Shown here: in pieces, positions 1 to 9,597 of the stretch | Layout: each line of letters begins with the position of its first letter | Position numbering within the stretch: the first letter of the stretch is position 1 | From: Steroidobacteraceae bacterium | GTDB taxonomy: Bacteria; Pseudomonadota; Gammaproteobacteria; Steroidobacterales; Steroidobacteraceae | Direction: 5' to 3' | Length of the DNA: 64,000 nt | Assembly (NCBI GenBank): GCA_036733765.1 | Contig: DAIMZW010000001.1 | Span: 32,239-96,238, forward strand | Notes under the pieces: model-generated | Told to the model about the DNA's origin: nothing | Databases searched by the model: none | What the model saw: the letters and a program-made list of their open reading frames with translations, nothing else | Translations under genes and position numbers: made by a program

Positions 1-116
1 GCGCGGTGCTGGCGCGCTTGAGCGGCGGTCAGGGCGTGATCGTGGCCGAGCTGGATCTCGGAGCGCAGCACGCGGCGAGGCATGATTTCCCGGCCCTCTC
101 GCATCGAATAATGTGA
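1..116 (+). CDS. 3' end of a gene truncated by the window edge. The C-terminus resembles carbon-nitrogen hydrolase (nitrilase-superfamily) proteins that often precede tldD.
   Basis: Open frame from nt 3 reads ...AVLARLSGGQGVIVAELDLGAQHAARHDFPALSHRIM, with TGA at 114-116. It is absent from the ORF track because it is truncated. The family call rests on only 37 residues plus synteny. Confidence 0.4.
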   Translation, partial: AVLARLSGGQGVIVAELDLGAQHAARHDFPALSHRIM

Positions 117-134
117 ATACCTAAGAGGTTCACC

Positions 135-1598
135 GTGGCAGTCCCGAGTTCTCTCGCGATCACCGATCCGCTGCGCTTTGCGCGCGAGGGCATCCTCGCG
201 CCCGCGGGTCTCGATGTGGGCCGTGTCGAGCAGGCGCTCGGCCTGGTGCTCGGCTCGGCGGTCGACTCCGCCGATTTGTATTTTCAGCTCTCGCGCGAGG
301 AAAGCTGGGGGCTCGAGGACGGCATCGTCAAGGAAGGCAGCGCCAGTATCGAGCAGGGGGTGGGCGTGCGGGCGCTGGCCGGCGAGAAGACCGGCTTTGC
401 CTATTCCGACGAAATCATGATGCCGGCGCTGGAAGAGGCGGCGCGCGCCGCGCGAGCGATCGCCGTGCAGGGCGGCAGCGGGGCGGTGCAGGCCTGGCGG
501 CAGGTCAGCGGCCATCAGCTGTACATGCCGGTCGATCCGCTGCTGAGCCTGGCCGATGAGGACAAGATCGGCTGGCTCGAGCGTGTTGACCGCGAGACGC
601 GGCGCATCGATCCGCGCGTGGTGCAGGTCATGGCGAGCGTGCATGCGGTCCATGAGCTGATCCTGATCGCCTCGAGCGATGGCGTGCTGGCCGGGGATGT
701 GCGGCCGCTGGTGCGCATGAACGTCAGCGTGATCGTGGAGCACGAGGGCCGGCGCGAGCAGGGCTATGCCGGGTGCGGCGGCCGCTACACGCTCGCTGAA
801 CTGGTGGCCAACGACCGCCCGCTGGCCTTAGGCCGCGAGGCGGTACGCCAGGGACTGGTGAATCTGGAGGCCGTGCCGGCACCAGCCGGCACCATGACCG
901 TGGTGCTTGGCCCCGGCTGGCCCGGAGTGCTGCTGCACGAGGCGATCGGCCATGGCCTCGAAGGGGATTTCAATCGCAAGGGCACGTCCGCCTTCAGCGG
1001 CCGGATCGGTGAGCGCGTGGCCGCGCCGGGCTGCACGGTGGTTGACGATGGCGCCCTGCCCGGACGCCGCGGATCGCTCAACATCGACGATGAGGGCACC
1101 CCGACGCAATGCACGACGCTAATCGAGGATGGCGTGCTGCGCGGCTATATGCAGGATCGGCTCAATGCACGGCTCACGGGCGGTCGCTCGACTGGAAATG
1201 GCCGGCGCGAATCCTTCGCGCACGTGACGATGCCGCGCATGACCAACACCTACATGCGGGCCGGGCCGCACGATCCGGGTGAGATCCTCGCCTCGGTAGA
1301 GCGAGGCATCTATGCCGTGAATTTCGGCGGCGGTCAGGTCGACATCACCTCGGGGAAATTCGTGTTCTCGACCAGCGAGGCGTACCTGATCGAAAACGGC
1401 CGGATCGGCGCACCCATCAAGGGCGCGACACTGGTGGGCAATGGCCCGGATGTGCTGCTGCGCGTAGGAATGGTCGGCAACGACCTCAAGCTCGATGAGG
1501 GCATCGGAGTGTGCGGCAAGGAAGGACAGAGCGTGCCAGTGGGTGTGGGCCAGCCGACGCTGCGCATCGACGGGCTCACGGTAGGCGGTACCGGCTAG
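135..1598 (+). CDS. tldD: Metalloprotease TldD
   Basis: 487 aa with a GTG start. It has the [12 protein letters not shown] zinc-binding motif and a TldD-like sequence throughout. pmbA lies nearby. Confidence 0.95.
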   Translation: MAVPSSLAITDPLRFAREGILAPAGLDVGRVEQALGLVLGSAVDSADLYFQLSREESWGLEDGIVKEGSASIEQGVGVRALAGEKTGFAYSDEIMMPALEEAARAARAIAVQGGSGAVQAWRQVSGHQLYMPVDPLLSLADEDKIGWLERVDRETRRIDPRVVQVMASVHAVHELILIASSDGVLAGDVRPLVRMNVSVIVEHEGRREQGYAGCGGRYTLAELVANDRPLALGREAVRQGLVNLEAVPAPAGTMTVVLGPGWPGVLLHEAIGHGLEGDFNRKGTSAFSGRIGERVAAPGCTVVDDGALPGRRGSLNIDDEGTPTQCTTLIEDGVLRGYMQDRLNARLTGGRSTGNGRRESFAHVTMPRMTNTYMRAGPHDPGEILASVERGIYAVNFGGGQVDITSGKFVFSTSEAYLIENGRIGAPIKGATLVGNGPDVLLRVGMVGNDLKLDEGIGVCGKEGQSVPVGVGQPTLRIDGLTVGGTG

Positions 1599-1607
1599 CG
1601 ACCGGCC

Positions 1608-2906
1608 TTAACTGCCGGGCGTGCCATCGTTCAACACCGAGGTCGCCGTGTGGTGGTGTTCGATGTTGTGGCGGTGCTGCGCCCGCTCGTCGATGTACAG
1701 CAGTTCATGCTGGCCGATGCTCAGGACATCGCCATCATTGAGGTTGTGATAGCGCACGCGCTTGGAGTGCAGGAAGATCCCGTTGGTGCTGTTGAGGTCT
1801 TCGATCACACAGCTATGCGCCGTGGTTACGATCTGGCAGTGGTGGCGGCTCACGAAGCGACTGTCGATCTGCAGATCGTTGGCTGGGGTGCGGCCGATGA
1901 CCAGGCGCCCTGGAAACAGTTCGTGCTCGCTGACGGTTTGGCCGGCCGTGGCGAGCAATATGCGCGCGAGCGGCACGCTGTCCGTGCCCTTCGTGCCCTC
2001 CGCGGCCGACGCGTCGGCATGGGCGCTATCCGCCTTCGGGCTGCCGCCCTCCGCCTCGTTACGCATGCGCATCAGCTTGGTACCGGTTCTTGAGGAGTAT
2101 TCAACCCAGTGCAGCTCGCTGATCGCGTTGCGAACATCCTCCAGGCCGACCGTGTCGTGCTCCTTGGTCGATGCCGAGAGCATCGCGGTGTCGCACAGGG
2201 TGTTGATCAGTCGCGGCACGCCACCGGTGTAGCGGTAGATCAGCTCGAAGGTATCGGCCGCAAAGATCTCGCGGCCCTGCGAGCCCGCGACTTCCAGCCG
2301 GTGCAGGATGTAGGCGTGCATTTCAGTGGCCGACAGCGCCGGCAGATGGAAGCGCAGGCGCACGCGCTGCGTGAGCTGCTCAAGCTCGGGCGCATCGAGC
2401 GTCTGATTGAGCTCGGGTTGGCCTGCCAGGATGATGCGCAGCACCTTCTCTTTCGTGGTCTCTACGCCCGAGAGCAACCGAATCTCCTCGAGCACGCGCT
2501 CGGAGAGGTTCTGGGCCTCATCGACCACGAGCATGATCTTGCGGCCGGCGTTGTATTGCTCGATCAGGAAGTCGTTGAGCGTCGCCAGCAGCTCGGCTTT
2601 CTTCATGCGGAACGGCTTGAAGCCGAATTCCACCAGCACCGACTGCAGGAATTCGATCGAGGACACCTGGGTCTGGTTGATCTGCGCGACCAGCACATCC
2701 TTCTCGAGCTCGCGCAGGAAGGTCTCGATCAGCGTGGTCTTGCCGCAGCCGATCTCACCGGTGATCACGACGAAGCCGTCGGTGAACCACACGGTCGATT
2801 CCATGTAGGCTTTGGCGCGCGCGTGCGCCTGGCTCAAATAAAGAAATTCCGGATCGGGGCTGAGCCGGAACGGCAGCTCCCGAAGTTTGAACAGCTCAAG
2901 ATACAT
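1608..2906 (-). CDS. ExeA/MshM-like AAA+ ATPase with a C-terminal FHA domain
   Basis: 432 aa. The N-terminus LPFRLSPDPEFLY...GEIGCGKTTL (Walker A), MLVVDEAQNL (Walker B) and GGVPRLINTLC are typical of the ExeA/GspA/MshM family. The C-terminus RLVIGRTPANDLQIDSRFVSRHHCQIV...DLNSTNGIFLHSKRV is an FHA signature. Confidence 0.8.
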   Translation of the reverse strand: MYLELFKLRELPFRLSPDPEFLYLSQAHARAKAYMESTVWFTDGFVVITGEIGCGKTTLIETFLRELEKDVLVAQINQTQVSSIEFLQSVLVEFGFKPFRMKKAELLATLNDFLIEQYNAGRKIMLVVDEAQNLSERVLEEIRLLSGVETTKEKVLRIILAGQPELNQTLDAPELEQLTQRVRLRFHLPALSATEMHAYILHRLEVAGSQGREIFAADTFELIYRYTGGVPRLINTLCDTAMLSASTKEHDTVGLEDVRNAISELHWVEYSSRTGTKLMRMRNEAEGGSPKADSAHADASAAEGTKGTDSVPLARILLATAGQTVSEHELFPGRLVIGRTPANDLQIDSRFVSRHHCQIVTTAHSCVIEDLNSTNGIFLHSKRVRYHNLNDGDVLSIGQHELLYIDERAQHRHNIEHHHTATSVLNDGTPGS

Positions 2907-2947
2907 CGGCGTTGGCCGGTCCCGCAGTCTTATTGTGCATCAGGATA

Positions 2948-4057
2948 CTACGGCTTGAATGGCAGTTGCGGATAAAGCCGCGTCAAGATTTTACGGGCGC
3001 GCGCATTACGCCGGCCGGAGCTGGATTCCACGACGGTGCAATGCCCGAGCTTGCGTCCGTGACGCGGTTCCTTGCCATAGTCGTGTAAATGCAACCCCGG
3101 CTCGGCCAGCAGCGCCTGGCGCTCCGGCATCTGACCGATCAGATTAATCATGCAGGCATGACCGCGTGCGTCGGCGGCCCCGAGCGGCAGCCCAGCTACG
3201 GCGCGCACGTGGTTCTCGAACTGGCTGGTCACGGCCCCTTCGATGGTCCAGTGACCCGAGTTGTGGACCCGGGGGGCCATTTCATTCGCGACCAGGCGCC
3301 CTTGGTGCACGAAGAATTCGATGGCCAGAACGCCGACATAGTGAAAAGCCTCCAGCACGCGCTTGAGGCTCGCAGCGGCGGCGCGCAACAGCCGCGGGGC
3401 GTGCCAGGGCGCGAGCGTGAGGCGCAGGATGCCGTCGGCGTGATAGTTGCGATTGAGCGGGTAGACCGCGATCTCGCCGCGGCGGCTGCGTACGCCGATG
3501 ATCGAGACTTCATAGTCGAAGGGCACGAACTGCTCGTAGAGCAATGGCACGCTGCCGAGCTGCTGCCACGCGCGCTCGCAATCCTCAGGCCGGCGCAGCA
3601 CATATTGTCCCTTGCCGTCATAGCCGAGTCGCCGCGTCTTGAGCACGCCGGGCAGACCAATGCGCTCGACGGCACGCTCTAGCATGCTGCGCGAATCCAC
3701 CGGAGCGAAGCGTGTGGTGGCAATCGCGAGACGCTCGAAAGTGCGCTTCTCGGTCAGCCGATCCTGGGCGGCGGCGAGCGCTTTGAGCGGCGGAGCGATG
3801 CGGGTCCTGGTCGCTCGCGTGGCCGCGCGCAATGCATCGAGCGAAATGTTCTCCCAGTCGAAACTGATGACTTCGCTGCGCTCGGCCAGTCGCCGCAGCA
3901 GCGACTGGTCGGCAAAATCGCCGGTCAATACCGGCGCGAACCGCCCCGCCGGCGTCTGGGCGCTGCGGTCGAGAAACACAAAATCCAGTCCGAGCGGGTA
4001 GCCCGCCAGCGCGAGCATCGCTCCGAGCTGGCCGGCGCCGACCACGCCGATGGTCAC
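2948..4057 (-). CDS. purK: N5-carboxyaminoimidazole ribonucleotide synthase
   Basis: 369 aa ATP-grasp protein with a PurK-like sequence, immediately downstream of purE. Confidence 0.95.
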   Translation of the reverse strand: MTIGVVGAGQLGAMLALAGYPLGLDFVFLDRSAQTPAGRFAPVLTGDFADQSLLRRLAERSEVISFDWENISLDALRAATRATRTRIAPPLKALAAAQDRLTEKRTFERLAIATTRFAPVDSRSMLERAVERIGLPGVLKTRRLGYDGKGQYVLRRPEDCERAWQQLGSVPLLYEQFVPFDYEVSIIGVRSRRGEIAVYPLNRNYHADGILRLTLAPWHAPRLLRAAAASLKRVLEAFHYVGVLAIEFFVHQGRLVANEMAPRVHNSGHWTIEGAVTSQFENHVRAVAGLPLGAADARGHACMINLIGQMPERQALLAEPGLHLHDYGKEPRHGRKLGHCTVVESSSGRRNARARKILTRLYPQLPFKP

Positions 4058-4059
4058 CG

Positions 4060-4554
4060 CTAGCCCGCCACGCGCGGATCGGGGTTGGCCAGCACCGCCG
4101 CGGTCTGTGCCTGACGCTGACGCTGCAGGGCCTCGGCGATCTCCGGATACCGCAGGCCCAAGATCCCCGCCGCGAACAGCGCGGCGTTGGTCGCGCCAGC
4201 GCTGCCGACTGCGAAGGTCGCGACCGGCACGCCGGCCGGCATCTGCACAATCGAGAGCAGCGAGTCCAGACCATTGAAGGCGCGCGACTGCACGGGCACA
4301 CCGAGTACGGGCAATGTGGTCTTGGCGGCCGTCATGCCCGGCAGATGCGCCGCGCCGCCCGCTCCGGCGATCAGCACTTCCAGACCGCGCGCCGCGGCAC
4401 CCGCGGCGTATTCGAACAACAGATCCGGCGTGCGATGCGCCGAGACCACGCGCGTCTCATAGGCGATGCCGAGTTTATCCAGGCTGTCGGCGGCCGCGCT
4501 CATCGTCTCCCAATCCGAAGACGATCCCATGATGATCCCGACCAGGGCTTTCAT
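4060..4554 (-). CDS. purE: N5-carboxyaminoimidazole ribonucleotide mutase
   Basis: 164 aa. [10 protein letters not shown] and AHRTPD are class I PurE motifs. Confidence 0.95.
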   Translation of the reverse strand: MKALVGIIMGSSSDWETMSAAADSLDKLGIAYETRVVSAHRTPDLLFEYAAGAAARGLEVLIAGAGGAAHLPGMTAAKTTLPVLGVPVQSRAFNGLDSLLSIVQMPAGVPVATFAVGSAGATNAALFAAGILGLRYPEIAEALQRQRQAQTAAVLANPDPRVAG

Positions 4555-4913
4555 CGCGGCATCTTAGCATCACGGCCTTTGAGGTCGGGCGCATGCTCGG
4601 CGAGCGCCCGCTCGATCGGGGCCGGGTCGATGTCACGCATGAGCCGGCCGATGTATTGGCGCGCACGCGCGTGCGCCGAGCGGCTGCGCAGACGCTGCGT
4701 CTCGAGAAGGACCTCCAGCAAGAGCGGCGGCAATTCGAAGCGCTGCAATTGTTGCGGCTTGAGCCCAAGCAGGCGCTCGCCGAGCCGCTGCAGTGCCTCG
4801 GCGTTGCGCTTTCGGGCCGAGCGGCTCGGCGGCCGCTCATCATCCGGCTGCTCATCGTCGGGGACGCGGCGCTGGTTCATGAGGCTATTCCGAAAGGGGC
4901 GCCGCCGGCGCAC
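4551..4913 (-). CDS. yjgA: Ribosome-associated DUF615/YjgA-like protein (short form)
   Basis: The acidic N-terminus, [20 protein letters not shown] and [17 protein letters not shown] match the YjgA core. It is divergent from pmbA, as in E. coli. Its stop overlaps the purE start (ATGA). The start could instead be the internal Met at 4880. Confidence 0.6.
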   Translation of the reverse strand: MRRRRPFRNSLMNQRRVPDDEQPDDERPPSRSARKRNAEALQRLGERLLGLKPQQLQRFELPPLLLEVLLETQRLRSRSAHARARQYIGRLMRDIDPAPIERALAEHAPDLKGRDAKMPR

Positions 4914-4972
4914 TGCTACAATCCATAGCGATCATGGCATAGCGCAAGCCACCTTGCCGCAAAGGAAAACGA

Positions 4973-6334
4973 ATGTCGCAGCAGGTCGATGCCTCACGTA
5001 TCAGCGAGCTCCAGGAAGTGGTCGCCAGCGCGCTCAGCAATGCGCGCGCGAGCGGCGCGAGTCACGCTGAGGCGGATGCGAGTCTGCAGCGCGGCCTGAC
5101 GGTGACGGTGCGGCTCGGTGAAGTCGATACCATCGAGTATCACCGTGACCGAGGCTTGTCGCTCACGGTGTATTTCGGCAAGGCCAAGGGCTCGGCCAGC
5201 ACGGCCGATTTGCGGCCCGCGGCGGTGCGCGAGATCGTACTCAAGGCTTCGGCGATTGCGCGCCATACCGCGGCGGATGAGTGTTCGGGGCTCGCCGATC
5301 CCGAGGCGCTGGCGCGCGAGGTCCCGGATCTCGATCTCTATCACCCGTGGGATCTCGCACCGGAGCAGGCCGTGACACTGGCGCGCGAGTGCGAGGCGGC
5401 GGGGCTCGAGAGCGATGCGCGGCTCAAGAATTCCGAGGGCGCGACCGTCACGACCCACAGCGGTGTACGCGTCTATGGCAACAGTCACGGCTTTCTGCAG
5501 GGCTTTCCGAGCACCAGCCACAGCGTGAGCTGCGCGCTCGTGGCACAGGAAGGCGAGGACATGCAGCGCGATTACTGGTACTCGGTCGCACGCCGTGCGC
5601 AGGCGCTCGAGGACGTGGCCGTCGTCGGTCGCCATGCGGCGCAGCGCGCGCTGCGTCGCCTCGGCGCGCGACGGCTGCGGACGCGGCGTGCGCCGGTGCT
5701 GTTCGCGCCGGAGCTCGCGCGCGGACTGTTCGGGCATTTCGTCGGTGCGATTCGCGGTGCGAGTCAGTATCGGCGCTCCTCGTTCCTGCTCGCGGCCGCC
5801 GGAACCCAGGTGTTCCCGTCATTCCTCAATATCGCCGAACGGCCACATCTGCTTCAGGGACTGGCGAGCAGTCCGTTCGACGCCGAGGGCGTGGCCACAC
5901 GCGATCGCGAACTGGTGCAGGGCGGGGTGCTGCAGGGCTATGTGCTCGGCAGCTATTCGGCGCGCAAGCTCGGTTTGAAGAGCACCGGCAATGCCGGTGG
6001 CATCCATAATCTTCTGGTGACGGCTCAGGCCGGCGCCGCCGGGCCGAATGATGGCAGCTTCCAGCAGCTAGTGCAGCGCATGGACGAGGGCTTGTTCGTG
6101 ACCGAGCTCATGGGGCCGGGGGTCAATGGCGTCACGGGCGATTACTCGCGCGGCGCCAGCGGCTTTTGGATTGAAAATGGCGCGATCGCCTATCCGGTGC
6201 ACGAGCTCACGATCGCCGGCAATCTGCGCGAGATGCTGCGCGGGATCGTGGCCGTCGGCACCGACATCGATGCGCAGGGCGCGATCTGTACCGGCTCGCT
6301 GCTGATCGAGGCCATGACCATCGCGGGCGAGTGA
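4973..6334 (+). CDS. pmbA: Metalloprotease PmbA (TldE)
   Basis: 453 aa with PmbA/TldD-family similarity along the full length. Confidence 0.95.
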   Translation: MSQQVDASRISELQEVVASALSNARASGASHAEADASLQRGLTVTVRLGEVDTIEYHRDRGLSLTVYFGKAKGSASTADLRPAAVREIVLKASAIARHTAADECSGLADPEALAREVPDLDLYHPWDLAPEQAVTLARECEAAGLESDARLKNSEGATVTTHSGVRVYGNSHGFLQGFPSTSHSVSCALVAQEGEDMQRDYWYSVARRAQALEDVAVVGRHAAQRALRRLGARRLRTRRAPVLFAPELARGLFGHFVGAIRGASQYRRSSFLLAAAGTQVFPSFLNIAERPHLLQGLASSPFDAEGVATRDRELVQGGVLQGYVLGSYSARKLGLKSTGNAGGIHNLLVTAQAGAAGPNDGSFQQLVQRMDEGLFVTELMGPGVNGVTGDYSRGASGFWIENGAIAYPVHELTIAGNLREMLRGIVAVGTDIDAQGAICTGSLLIEAMTIAGE

Positions 6335-6335
6335 G

Positions 6336-7700
6336 TCAGCGCGGGCTTTCGTGGCCCGGCCGCTCGATCATCTCGCCCAGGCTCAACGTGGCGTAGCGCT
6401 GCTCGCAGGTGTGATCGAGATCGCTGCAGAATGCCTCGACCGCCGCAGGGGTAGCCGCCGCGCTGCGGATCAAGCCGCTGCGCTGAGTGCGCGCGGTGAT
6501 CAGGATATCGAGCACGCGCAGCTGCGAGGCATCGCGGCCGAGCAGCAGCGTCTGGTCTTCACCGGGCACGATGTAGCCGGCCGCCTCGAGCCCTGCGCAT
6601 ACGCGTGCCACAGCGATGCCTGGAAAATCCAGACGCAGGGCGAGACTCGAGATCGTGTCACGCGCGCCGCCGCAGCGCTGGCGCGCGGCGATCAGAACCA
6701 TGATGCCGAGGGCGAGCCGCTCGGTATCGACGCTCGCGAGCTGGGGCTCCTTGAGGCCTGAGCGCAGGTAGCCCGGATTCTGGGCATAAAACGACACCTG
6801 CGCTCCGAGCAGCAGGATGGTCCAGCCGAAATAGGTCCACACCAGTGCGGTGATCATGATCGCGAAGCCGGCGTACACCATTGTCAGGCGCACCGAGTAG
6901 AGCACGAACAACGTGAAGATACGGCCGGTCGCAGCCCACAGTATGCCCGCGGCGATGCCGCCGATCAGCGCGGGCCGGAAGCGAACACGGGTGTTGGGGA
7001 TCGCAATGTACAGCGCGGTCAGCAAGCCGGAGACGAGCACGTACGGCGCGAGCCTCAGACCCAATGCCATCAGGCGGTCAGCCAGTGGCAGCCCCTCGAG
7101 CAGTCGCGCCGGCGTGCTGTCGGCTGCGCGCCGCGAGAAGCCAATCACGGCCGCCAGCAGCAGCGGGCCCGCCACCAGCAGTGCGATGTATTCGGCGCTG
7201 CGGCGCGCGAAGCTGCGCGCAACGTCGACGTGCCAGACGAAATTGAAGCCGTCCTCGACCTTGCGCATGGTGCCGAGCAGCGTCCAGACCAATAGCCCCA
7301 GGCCGACGGAGCCTACGAGGCCGCCGCGGACTTTTTTAGCGAAGGTCATGACCTGGTCGGTGAACTGGTCGGCGGAGCTACCCATCGGGTCGAAGAAGGC
7401 ATGCACCAGCGGCCGCAGCACGTCCTGGGCGTCGAAGGCTTTCAGAATGCCGAAGCTCAGGGCCACGAGCGGAATGATGGACAGCAGGCTCGCGTACACG
7501 AGACCCATCGCGTGCAGATTGAGCTTGCCGCCGGCGAGGTCACGCAGCAGAGCGTAGGGATAGCGCGCGCAGCGCAGCACGCCCGATGCCGGGCCGGCGC
7601 CTCGGGAGGCCGGCCCGAACAGCACTCGATCCGGCAGCGCGCACAGCCAACGCCACGCGCTTTGGGCGCGCAGCGCTACTTCCGGCGTGGAAGTGCTCAA
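6336..7700 (-). CDS. YihY/BrkB-family inner membrane protein with a C-terminal cytoplasmic extension
   Basis: 454 aa. A multi-TM YihY core (...[18 protein letters not shown]...) is followed by roughly 130 aa of soluble tail. Confidence 0.85.
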   Translation of the reverse strand: MSTSTPEVALRAQSAWRWLCALPDRVLFGPASRGAGPASGVLRCARYPYALLRDLAGGKLNLHAMGLVYASLLSIIPLVALSFGILKAFDAQDVLRPLVHAFFDPMGSSADQFTDQVMTFAKKVRGGLVGSVGLGLLVWTLLGTMRKVEDGFNFVWHVDVARSFARRSAEYIALLVAGPLLLAAVIGFSRRAADSTPARLLEGLPLADRLMALGLRLAPYVLVSGLLTALYIAIPNTRVRFRPALIGGIAAGILWAATGRIFTLFVLYSVRLTMVYAGFAIMITALVWTYFGWTILLLGAQVSFYAQNPGYLRSGLKEPQLASVDTERLALGIMVLIAARQRCGGARDTISSLALRLDFPGIAVARVCAGLEAAGYIVPGEDQTLLLGRDASQLRVLDILITARTQRSGLIRSAAATPAAVEAFCSDLDHTCEQRYATLSLGEMIERPGHESPR

Positions 7701-8635
7701 GGCCCGCGGGCGAGCGCGGCGGTTTCAGGCCCGGTCAAACGCCGCAGAGCCTCGCGGTAGTTCTCGCTGGTACGCGCGATGATGCCGGCGGGCAGGTGCG
7801 GCCCAGGAGCGCGCTTGTTCCAGTCGAGGGTTTCCAGGTAGTCGCGCACGAACTGCTTATCAAACGATGGCGGGCTGCTGCCGACGCGCCAGGTGTCGGC
7901 CGGCCAGAAGCGTGAGGAGTCTGGCGTCAGCACTTCATCGATCAGCGTCAGCTTGCCGTCGGCATCGAGGCCGAACTCGAATTTGGTATCGGCGATGATG
8001 ATGCCGCGCGCGCGCGCATGTGCGGCGGCGTATTGATAGAGTGCCAGCGCGGCCTCGCGCACCGCGGCGGCGAGCGGCGCACCGATCAGTTTCGCGACCG
8101 CCTCGAACGAGATGTTTTCGTCATGCTCGCCGGGTGCGGCTTTGGTTGCGGGTGTGAACAATGGCGCGGGCAGCGCCTGCGCCTGTTTGAGACCGGGCGG
8201 CAGCGCAATGCCGCAGAGGCTGCCGCTGGCCTGATAGTCCTTCCAGCCCGAGCCGATCAGGTAGCCGCGCACCACCGCTTCGAGCGGCAGTGCCTGCAGC
8301 CGTCGGACGATGACGGCGCGGCCCGCGAGCAGCGCCAGATCGGCCGCATCGCGCACTACGCTCGCGAGCGGCTGACCGGTCAGATGGTTTGGGATGATCG
8401 GCGTGGTGCACGCGAACCAGAAGCGCGAAATTTCATCGAGCACGCGCCCTTTGCCCGGAATGGGATCGGGCAGCACGACGTCGAATGCCGAAAGGCGATC
8501 GGTGGTCACGATCAGCAGGCGCTGGTCGTCGAGCGCGTAGATGTCACGTACCTTGCCGCGGTGCAGCCGCTGCAGGCCATTGAGATCCGTGGCGTACACG
8601 GGGCTTTCGTCAACCGTGGCGGGTTTCGTGGCCAA
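7697..8635 (-). CDS. purC: Phosphoribosylaminoimidazole-succinocarboxamide synthase (long form)
   Basis: 312 aa. The motifs GKVRDIY, DRLSAFD and ADTKFEFG are present. Confidence 0.95.
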   Translation of the reverse strand: MATKPATVDESPVYATDLNGLQRLHRGKVRDIYALDDQRLLIVTTDRLSAFDVVLPDPIPGKGRVLDEISRFWFACTTPIIPNHLTGQPLASVVRDAADLALLAGRAVIVRRLQALPLEAVVRGYLIGSGWKDYQASGSLCGIALPPGLKQAQALPAPLFTPATKAAPGEHDENISFEAVAKLIGAPLAAAVREAALALYQYAAAHARARGIIIADTKFEFGLDADGKLTLIDEVLTPDSSRFWPADTWRVGSSPPSFDKQFVRDYLETLDWNKRAPGPHLPAGIIARTSENYREALRRLTGPETAALARGP

Positions 8636-8722
8636 GGCTTGCTACCATAGCTGGCACGTTGAAAGGGCGCGCATCTTGCCGCTCCGGCTGCAATAGGGTC
8701 AAGCGGGATGACAAGCTGAATC

Positions 8723-9556
8723 ATGAACTGGGCTGGAAAAATCATCGGCGGGGTGCTGGGGCTGGCGGCCATGGGGCCGTCGGGCGCGGTGCTCGGCGCC
8801 TTCATCGGCCACCTATTCGATGCCGGGGTCGGGGTCGGTACGCTGCTGGGCGGCCGGGCCGACCCGGCGCAGGTCAATGCGCTGTTCTTCCCGACCACCT
8901 TTCGCGTCATGGGACACATCGCCAAGGCCGACGGCCACGTCTCCGAGCAGGAGATCGCCTCCGCGCGCGGCGTCATGCACGCGCTGCATCTGAATCCGGC
9001 GCAGATGCTCTCGGCGATGGGGTATTTCAACGAGGGCAAACAGCCCGGATTCGACCTGGACGCGGCGTTGCGGCTGCTTCGCGGCGCGATCGCAGCGCAT
9101 CCAGACCTGGCGAATTTTTTTGTGGAGATCCAGCTGCAGGCAGCGCTCGCTGGCGATGGTCTATCGGAGCTGCCGCGCGCGCGGTTGCGACGCGTGGCCA
9201 TGTTGCTGGGCTTGGGCCCAGCGGAATTCGCGCGACTCGAGAGCATATTGCGCTGGAGCCAGGGCACGGCAGGCGCGCGCAGCGGACCGGCAGGCAGCGC
9301 ACATAATGGGGCCAGTGCGGCAGGCGGCTTCGCCGGCGAGGAGCGCCTGGCTCAGGCCTACAGCGTGCTCGTGGCCGAGCCAGGCATGACGGATGAGCAG
9401 ATCGTCAAGGCCTACCGCCGGCAGATGAGCCGCCATCATCCCGATAAGCTCCAGGCCAATGGTCTGCCGGACTCGATGCTCGAGCGCGCCAAGGAGCGCA
9501 CGCAGCAGATCCAGGCCGCCTATGAGTTGATTCGCGCACGTCGCGGTATGCGATAG
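8723..9556 (+). CDS. djlA: Co-chaperone DjlA (TerB-like domain plus C-terminal J domain)
   Basis: 277 aa. An N-terminal TM segment, a TerB-like middle region and a C-terminal J domain with the HPD motif (SRHHPDKL). Confidence 0.85.
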   Translation: MNWAGKIIGGVLGLAAMGPSGAVLGAFIGHLFDAGVGVGTLLGGRADPAQVNALFFPTTFRVMGHIAKADGHVSEQEIASARGVMHALHLNPAQMLSAMGYFNEGKQPGFDLDAALRLLRGAIAAHPDLANFFVEIQLQAALAGDGLSELPRARLRRVAMLLGLGPAEFARLESILRWSQGTAGARSGPAGSAHNGASAAGGFAGEERLAQAYSVLVAEPGMTDEQIVKAYRRQMSRHHPDKLQANGLPDSMLERAKERTQQIQAAYELIRARRGMR

Positions 9557-9597
9557 ACCCTCGCGCATGCAGGTGTGACGCGCGTCACGGCCCAGGC

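Noticed and set aside
9575-9588. 14-nt perfect palindrome GTGACGCGCGTCAC between the convergent djlA and the Clp/Vfr-like gene, considered as a bidirectional terminator
   Set aside because: It has no loop and no flanking T/A tracts, and it is too short to call a terminator. It may be a chance GC-rich palindrome.
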